Below are positions 57,928 through 64,000 of a stretch of 64,000 nucleotides of DNA, piece after piece. The notes beneath the pieces were generated by a model. That model worked only from the letters and a program-made list of their open reading frames with translations, did no database searches and had not been told where the DNA came from. Numbering within the stretch: the stretch's first letter is position 1; every line of letters starts with the position of its first letter. Position numbers and translations under genes: made by a program. This stretch comes from an uncultured virus (IMG/VR IMGVR_UViG_3300031784_002630) (lineage: Duplodnaviria; Heunggongvirae; Uroviricota; Caudoviricetes): positions 1-64,000 of the IMG/VR virus record IMGVR_UViG_3300031784_002630; one strand, written 5' to 3'.

Positions 57928-59888
57928 TGAATAACAAGGAAAAACTATTATTTTTTACACCTCACTTATCAACAGGTGGATTACCTCAAGTATTGGTAAA
58001 TAAAATTTCTTTATTAAAAGATGAATATGATATTTTATGTGTTGAACACCATAATCATGCGTGGTTATTTAATGTACAAAGAAATAGAGTATTGGAACTT
58101 ATTGGTGAAGACAAATTGATTACATTAGATGATAGTAGAAGAAAAGAACACTTCACTGAATTACTAACATCGTTTGACCCTGATTTAGTATGTTTAGAAG
58201 AATTTCCTGAATATTTTTTAGAGGATGAAATAACTGCGGTTGTTTATAACAAACAAAGAAAATATAAAGTATTTGAAACTACGCACGATTCATCATTTCC
58301 TGTTCAAAATAAAAGATGGTTTCCTGATAAATTTTTATTTGTTAGTCCTTTTAACGCTTTCAGATATTCAGTATATGATATACCATACGAAGTTATTGAA
58401 TACCCTGTTGATTTCAAATCAAGAGACCAAGAAAAATATAAAGAATTACTCGGTCTTGAAAAAGATTGTATACACATTGTAAATGTTGGTTTATTTACCC
58501 AAAGAAAAAATCAGGGTTATTTGTTTGAAATTGCTCGTAAATTACAAGGTCATAAATTTAGATTTCACTTCTTAGGTAATCAAGCTGGTAATTTTAAAGA
58601 TTATTGGGAACCTTTAATGAATAACAAACCTGATAACTGTATTGTTTGGGGTGAAAGACATGATGTCTATAACTTTTTACAAGCGGCTGATTTATTCTTC
58701 TTCGCATCAAAAGGTGACCGAAATAATAAAGAATTAAATCCAATTGCAATTAAAGAAGCGTTGGAATATAAAATGCCAATGATGATGTTTAATTTAGATG
58801 TTTACTGTGGTAAATATGACATTTATGATAACATCACATATCTTACTGGAGATATAAACCAGGATACAAACTTACTACTTAAAAAATTTAACATGGATAA
58901 TTTACAAAACTTAATGCACATCAGCTACGAAAAAGATGAAAACAAAATCAATATTTTTTACAGTGGTTACGACCCAATTGATTATAAAGTATCGTTCAAA
59001 TGTTTAACATCGGGAGCACCAATGTATTGGATGAATTTTAAAGCCGACTCACCTTTGGGTTGGTTTGTAATACCAATACCTCAACATATCATAAAGTTCC
59101 ATCAATTGGCAACTTTTAGAGGTTTCTCACTTGATTTTTATGACCAAAATGACAATTTAAAATACAGTCACGAAATTGTTGTAAATGATATTTTTCCAAG
59201 ATTACCTAAAGTAAATTTTGAACCATTTGATTGTTCATTCAGGAATTATATAGAATTCTTTAGTGATGACATTTACGGTAGTTTTAACCTAAATGATATG
59301 GATACGGTAATTGATGTTGGTGCTAATATTGGTTTATTTGCTAAGTACATGTACGCTAAAGACGCTAAAAAAGTTATTTTAGTTGAAGCGAATCCTTTAT
59401 TGGATAAAAATATTAAAACAGTTTTAGGTTCTGATTATGAAAAATCACCGGTCTATTTAGCACCTTTAACAGGTAAGAAACAAAACATAAAGTTTCATTA
59501 CTCAACAAAAAATTCAACAATTGGTACTCATACTTTTGATAACTCAAATCCATCGTACAGTGATTTAGATTCAACTATGGACTTAGAAACCATAACATTT
59601 GATGAGATTGTTAACGAAAATAATTTAACAAATATTTCATTATTTAAATGTGATATTGAGGGTGGTGAATATGAGTTAATTGAATCATTAACTGATGAAC
59701 AAATGAATATGATTGAAAAGTTTATTATTGAGTTTCATGGTAATAATAATGGTGAATTGATACCAATGGTGGATAAGTTAACTAAATTTGGATTTGAATG
59801 TGAATTATTCACACTACATATGACTCGTAAAGATAGGGTTAGTGTTAATGAACCTCACGGTGTTTTAATCACTAAAAGAAAAAAATAA
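57927..59888 (+). CDS. GT4 glycosyltransferase fused to an FkbM methyltransferase
   Basis: HLSTGG, RKNQ and ELNPIAIKEA; DVGANIG and KCDIEGGE. Confidence 0.85.
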   Translation: MNNKEKLLFFTPHLSTGGLPQVLVNKISLLKDEYDILCVEHHNHAWLFNVQRNRVLELIGEDKLITLDDSRRKEHFTELLTSFDPDLVCLEEFPEYFLEDEITAVVYNKQRKYKVFETTHDSSFPVQNKRWFPDKFLFVSPFNAFRYSVYDIPYEVIEYPVDFKSRDQEKYKELLGLEKDCIHIVNVGLFTQRKNQGYLFEIARKLQGHKFRFHFLGNQAGNFKDYWEPLMNNKPDNCIVWGERHDVYNFLQAADLFFFASKGDRNNKELNPIAIKEALEYKMPMMMFNLDVYCGKYDIYDNITYLTGDINQDTNLLLKKFNMDNLQNLMHISYEKDENKINIFYSGYDPIDYKVSFKCLTSGAPMYWMNFKADSPLGWFVIPIPQHIIKFHQLATFRGFSLDFYDQNDNLKYSHEIVVNDIFPRLPKVNFEPFDCSFRNYIEFFSDDIYGSFNLNDMDTVIDVGANIGLFAKYMYAKDAKKVILVEANPLLDKNIKTVLGSDYEKSPVYLAPLTGKKQNIKFHYSTKNSTIGTHTFDNSNPSYSDLDSTMDLETITFDEIVNENNLTNISLFKCDIEGGEYELIESLTDEQMNMIEKFIIEFHGNNNGELIPMVDKLTKFGFECELFTLHMTRKDRVSVNEPHGVLITKRKK

Positions 59889-60730
59889 TGAATATTTTTT
59901 CATTAAATAGTGTTAACAATAAGGTTACTTTTAGAACTCACGGTGTTTCTAAAGTAATAAATGATGATGAATTTCCATTAAATGTGTATTTTTCAAAATA
60001 CATTAATGACGAAATTGTTTGGAAATCAACCGCAAATGACAATTGGTTTGTAGATTACAACGATTTTAATTTTAAGAATATTACTGTAACCACTAAATCA
60101 GGTAAAACTATTTTTGAGGAAAGGTTCATACCAAATAAACAAGATTTTTTACACCAAATATTCTTAACATATTGTTCATCAAACCCTAATAATGTTGGTT
60201 TGGCTATAGGAACACATGATGGTGAATATGGTGAATGGGTACAATCTGTTAAAGAAGGACACACAAACGCAATTCTTGTTGAAGCGTCTGATAAACAATT
60301 TAATGGTTTAATAAACAATTATAAATCAATTAACAACGTTAAACTAATTCAGTCTTTAATAACACCAAATGGGGATGAAGTTTCTTTCTATGAAAGTGAA
60401 TCAGGTTATTTTAATTCAACAGATATTAATCATTTTGAAAAATTTAATATTACAGATATTGTTGAAACAAGAAAAACATCAATATCGTTAAAAGATTTAA
60501 TTATAAATAATTTTGATACTAAACCTTTTTGGATGCACTTAGATGTTGAGGGGTTAGACGCTAAATTAATTTTATCGTTAAAAAATAATACCCATCTGTT
60601 ATCTGATTTTATTATTTTTGAAAACTCAAATATTACTGATGAAGATAATGATGAGGTAAATAATTTTTTATTATCTTTAGGGTATGAACTATTTAATTAC
60701 GATATTTCAACATTAGCAATTAAAAATTAA
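59888..60730 (+). CDS. FkbM-family methyltransferase
   Basis: IGTHDG, LVEA and HLDVEGLD motifs. Confidence 0.7.
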   Translation: MNIFSLNSVNNKVTFRTHGVSKVINDDEFPLNVYFSKYINDEIVWKSTANDNWFVDYNDFNFKNITVTTKSGKTIFEERFIPNKQDFLHQIFLTYCSSNPNNVGLAIGTHDGEYGEWVQSVKEGHTNAILVEASDKQFNGLINNYKSINNVKLIQSLITPNGDEVSFYESESGYFNSTDINHFEKFNITDIVETRKTSISLKDLIINNFDTKPFWMHLDVEGLDAKLILSLKNNTHLLSDFIIFENSNITDEDNDEVNNFLLSLGYELFNYDISTLAIKN

Positions 60731-60732
60731 AT

Positions 60733-61377
60733 ATGGCAAACGGAGTTTATAAAATAACAGATGACTTTGAAAAAGAACTTGGTAGATATACTGGAGCACC
60801 TTATGTTGTTACATTAGATAACATGAGTAACGCATTATTTTTAGCATTGTATTATGAAAAAAATATAACCAAATCAATTCAAAGTGAAAAAATATCAATA
60901 CCAAATAGAACATATCCTTCAGTTCCTTGTGAAATAATACACGCAGGATTAAAAGTTGATTTTATACCTGTTGATGGAAAAACAATTAAAGGTTCTTATC
61001 AATTAATTGGTTCAAATGTTTGGGATTCAGCATTGTCATTTACTGCTGACATGTATAAACCAAATAGTCACATGTGTATTTCATTTACAGGACCATATAA
61101 ACACTTTAAACTAAGTAAAGGTGGTGCAATACTAACAGATAGTTTAGATGCGTATCACTGGTTTAAACGAGCAAGATATAGTGGTAGACGTGAATGTTCA
61201 TATCATGATGATAACTTGGATATGTTAGGTTGGAACTTTTATATGATGCCTGAGTTAGCAACACGTGGTTTACTACTAATGAATCAATTCTATAATATTG
61301 ATGGTACTAAAAAACAAAATAATGATTTAGAATTACCATATCCTGATTTATCAAAATTTGAAATTTATAAACAATGA
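60733..61377 (+). CDS. Short DegT/DnrJ/EryC1/StrS aminotransferase-like protein
   Basis: FEKEL..Y.G, DSA and SF...K......GG motifs; only 214 aa. Confidence 0.75.
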   Translation: MANGVYKITDDFEKELGRYTGAPYVVTLDNMSNALFLALYYEKNITKSIQSEKISIPNRTYPSVPCEIIHAGLKVDFIPVDGKTIKGSYQLIGSNVWDSALSFTADMYKPNSHMCISFTGPYKHFKLSKGGAILTDSLDAYHWFKRARYSGRRECSYHDDNLDMLGWNFYMMPELATRGLLLMNQFYNIDGTKKQNNDLELPYPDLSKFEIYKQ

Positions 61378-61946
61378 TTAAAGTTTTAGTTGGTAATGGT
61401 GGTCACGCTCGTGAAGTTATGTCACAAATGGGTGTTAAATTAAAAAGATTTGTTGATGACGAATATGTTAACTCAGATACATTACCATTATCTTCATTAC
61501 AACCTGATAAACATGTTGTAATGGTTGCAGTTGCAAACTCTAAAGATAGATACGATATAATACAAAGATTACCAAAAAACACAAAATATTTTACATTCAT
61601 ACATCCCACAGCTATTATCATGGATGATGTAGAAATTGGTGATGGTAGTTTTATTGGTGCTTATTCAATATTAACAACTAATATTAAATTAGGTTCACAC
61701 ACATTATTAAATCGTAGTAACCATATTGGTCATGATTGTATCATTGGTGATTATTTTAGTGCAATGCCAGGTTCTATTGTTTCAGGAAATGTCACAATAG
61801 GTGATAAAGTTTATTTAGGAACTAATTCATCAATTAAAGAAAAATTATCAGTTGTTGATAATGTAACAATAGGTTTAAACACTGGTATTGTTAAAAACAT
61901 TAATAAAGAAGGAATTTACGTTGGAGCAAATACAAGAATGTTATGA
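61374..61946 (+). CDS. NeuD/PglD-family sugar acetyltransferase
   Basis: GNGGHAREV, IHPTA, hexapeptide repeats and IGHD. Confidence 0.88.
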   Translation: MIKVLVGNGGHAREVMSQMGVKLKRFVDDEYVNSDTLPLSSLQPDKHVVMVAVANSKDRYDIIQRLPKNTKYFTFIHPTAIIMDDVEIGDGSFIGAYSILTTNIKLGSHTLLNRSNHIGHDCIIGDYFSAMPGSIVSGNVTIGDKVYLGTNSSIKEKLSVVDNVTIGLNTGIVKNINKEGIYVGANTRML

Positions 61947-63697
61947 AAGTAAGTGTTATAGTACCCGCTTATAAATTTGCGAATTATTTAGAACAAGCGT
62001 TATTGTCCGCTTTATGGCAAAAAACAAGTTTTGAGTTTGAGGTATTAGTTAGAGATGATTTTTCTCAAGATGGTTCAGAGCAAATTATTGAGCGATTAAC
62101 TAATTTTTATCCCAATTTAAAACATTTTCGTGCAACTGAAAATTTAGGTTTTCATAAAAACATACCATTTTTATTATCGCAAGCACAAGGTGAATATATC
62201 GCCTATTTAGATGGAGATGATTATTTTTTTAATGAGTATAAATTACAAAAACAAGTTGATTTTTTAGATGCAAACCCTGACTATTCAATGCATTGTACAG
62301 GTTATTGGTTATACACTAATGGTATTTATACCCCCAACAAAACTAATACATGGTTATGTAGTCCAATTAAAGACATAACAACAGAAGACTTATTTGTAGA
62401 GAATTACGTATCTTTTGGAAGAATGTTTAGAAATTACAAAGATTTAATTAAACCATACATGATGTCATTACCTTATTTAGATTATCCTGTCAATTATGAG
62501 TTATCATTAAGAGGTAAGATACGTGGTGATGAATGGGTTGGTGGTATATACAGAGAACATGGTCAAGGTGTTTTAACATCACTTTCACCTGAAGAAAAAA
62601 AACAAACACATAAATACGTAAGAGATTACCTATATAACAGACACAATCAAATGAAAAATAAAACAATTACAATCATAGATTCTTTTGTTCATAACAAAGA
62701 AGTTGAAGTTAAATTATCACAATTTTTGGATATTTTAAAAGGAAATAATCAAGATACTTTATTAGTATCTAACACAATTATTAAACCTGAAATTTTATCC
62801 AAAACAAACTATTACTTATACGACTCAAATAATAAATTGTTTGAAAATGATTATACAAATGTTAGTAATGTGACTTTATATCATTTGAGAGATGATATTG
62901 ATATTTTTGATGTTATGCCAGGTTTACAAAGACATGGTCTACCTGTATTAGTTAATCTATTCAATTCTTTAATATTTGCAAAGTCATTAGGTTATACCCA
63001 CTTTCAAAGATTAGAAGTTGATGATAAACTTTCAGAGTCATCTTGGGATTACATAAATACCGTACCATCATTGTGTCACGACAATGGTAAAAAAGGATTG
63101 TTTTATTTTAATGAAAATGACTCAAGAAAAGATGTTTCGTTTCACTATTTTTACTGTGAGATTGAGTATTTTTTACAAATCATTAAACGAATTACATGTG
63201 AACAAGATTATGTAAATTATTTAATGGATAGGTTTGGTAATTTAGATTTTAAAATTGCCGAAGAATATTTGTATCAGAATATTATTGATAATGATATTGA
63301 CTCACACATTTTAAGAAAAACTGGTGACCAACAAACAATTGATTTTGAAGGTACCTTATGGAATACTGAGACTTCAATTAGTAACATATCCCCCAAGTAT
63401 GAAGGTTGTTCAACAAGAATATATAAAGTATATAGAAATATTGATAGTGTAAAAACATTAACAAACTATTTGGCTGTTGTATCTTACAACTATACAGATA
63501 CACCAAAAAATAGAGTTGTTATATCATATTTTAATGACGGAACTGAACAAACATTTAATCAATCTGTTAGTGGAAAACATAGTTGGTCATACTATATTCC
63601 AAAAGATGGTTTAGAAAAAATTGATGTGTATGAAGATGGTAGATTTCTATATTCTGAAACAAATAACAATGTATATGCTAACATGTATATTAAATGA
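61943..63697 (+). CDS. GT2 glycosyltransferase with an additional C-terminal domain
   Basis: VSVIVPAY, DDFSQDGS and YLDGDD motifs. Confidence 0.85.
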   Translation: MKVSVIVPAYKFANYLEQALLSALWQKTSFEFEVLVRDDFSQDGSEQIIERLTNFYPNLKHFRATENLGFHKNIPFLLSQAQGEYIAYLDGDDYFFNEYKLQKQVDFLDANPDYSMHCTGYWLYTNGIYTPNKTNTWLCSPIKDITTEDLFVENYVSFGRMFRNYKDLIKPYMMSLPYLDYPVNYELSLRGKIRGDEWVGGIYREHGQGVLTSLSPEEKKQTHKYVRDYLYNRHNQMKNKTITIIDSFVHNKEVEVKLSQFLDILKGNNQDTLLVSNTIIKPEILSKTNYYLYDSNNKLFENDYTNVSNVTLYHLRDDIDIFDVMPGLQRHGLPVLVNLFNSLIFAKSLGYTHFQRLEVDDKLSESSWDYINTVPSLCHDNGKKGLFYFNENDSRKDVSFHYFYCEIEYFLQIIKRITCEQDYVNYLMDRFGNLDFKIAEEYLYQNIIDNDIDSHILRKTGDQQTIDFEGTLWNTETSISNISPKYEGCSTRIYKVYRNIDSVKTLTNYLAVVSYNYTDTPKNRVVISYFNDGTEQTFNQSVSGKHSWSYYIPKDGLEKIDVYEDGRFLYSETNNNVYANMYIK

Positions 63698-64000
63698 TAT
63701 CATTAACCATTACAACGTGTAAAAGATTTTCATTGTTTGAAAGAACAATAAATTCTTTCTATAATAATTGTGTTGACCGTGATTTGATATCACACATCTT
63801 TCATTATGATGATTCATCTTCAGATTTTGAAAGGAAAGAAATGTTTCTTTTATTAAAGAAATTATTTCCAAAGGTGATGTTAACATCAATAACATTTCAA
63901 CCTTCAGATTTTAATACCAGAAAAAGACATTTGGAGATTATGAAAGTTTGGAAAACAAACAATGAAAAATTTAATTTTGATTATGTGTTTCATTTAGAGG
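63694..64000 (+). CDS. GT2-like glycosyltransferase (partial, runs off the window)
   Basis: Hand-read MISLTITTCKRFSLFERTINSF...YDDSS...FDYVFHLE, ATGA-coupled to the upstream gene. Confidence 0.7.
   Translation, partial: MISLTITTCKRFSLFERTINSFYNNCVDRDLISHIFHYDDSSSDFERKEMFLLLKKLFPKVMLTSITFQPSDFNTRKRHLEIMKVWKTNNEKFNFDYVFHLE

Noticed and set aside
1..64000. Origin from a eukaryotic giant virus or a bacterial chromosome
   Set aside because: Sigma70, Bacteroidota promoters, intrinsic terminators, tail-like genes and the absence of cellular housekeeping operons fit a large bacteriophage.
1..64000. Stop-codon reassignment as in some large phages
   Set aside because: Recognisable genes are full length and densely packed in the standard code.
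1..64000. tRNA or rRNA genes
   Set aside because: No cloverleaf or rRNA-like segment was recognised in the short intergenic gaps.

Overview
AT-rich, gene-dense segment of a large (jumbo-type) tailed phage genome in the standard genetic code. The host is very likely Bacteroidota: five TTTG-N19/20-TAnnTTTG promoters, a short Bacteroidota-style sigma70, a histone H1-like Hc1 protein and SprB repeats point that way. The left half (1-30.5 kb) carries probable internal head proteins, a degenerate SAM-synthetase (MetK) homologue, two DNA methyltransferases each preceded by a free-standing endonuclease, thioredoxin/glutaredoxin, PcfJ-like proteins, DnaJ, a membrane/lysis-like module, a sigma factor, SbcCD, an exonuclease, primase and RuvC. 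The right half (30.7-64 kb) is a tail/baseplate and surface-protein block interleaved with two glycosylation clusters. A Cys-rich, Thr-Pro mucin-like protein lies directly downstream of an operon with a GT60 polypeptide alpha-GlcNAc transferase, GT11- and GT10-type fucosyltransferases and HtrL/YibB proteins. Three mosaic LamG paralogues follow. A divergent operon then encodes a GmhD-like epimerase, GT9, an AAH/TibC-type protein O-heptosyltransferase, a carbamoyltransferase, FkbM methyltransferases, DegT, a NeuD-like acetyltransferase and GT2s. The best candidate for a new system is phage-encoded protein O-glycosylation of its own virion fibres. Other highlights are the MetK pseudo-enzyme, a promoter- and terminator-bounded structured ncRNA candidate, and a TATTTATA motif upstream of putative virion genes. 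All family calls come from motif recognition by eye; no searches were run.
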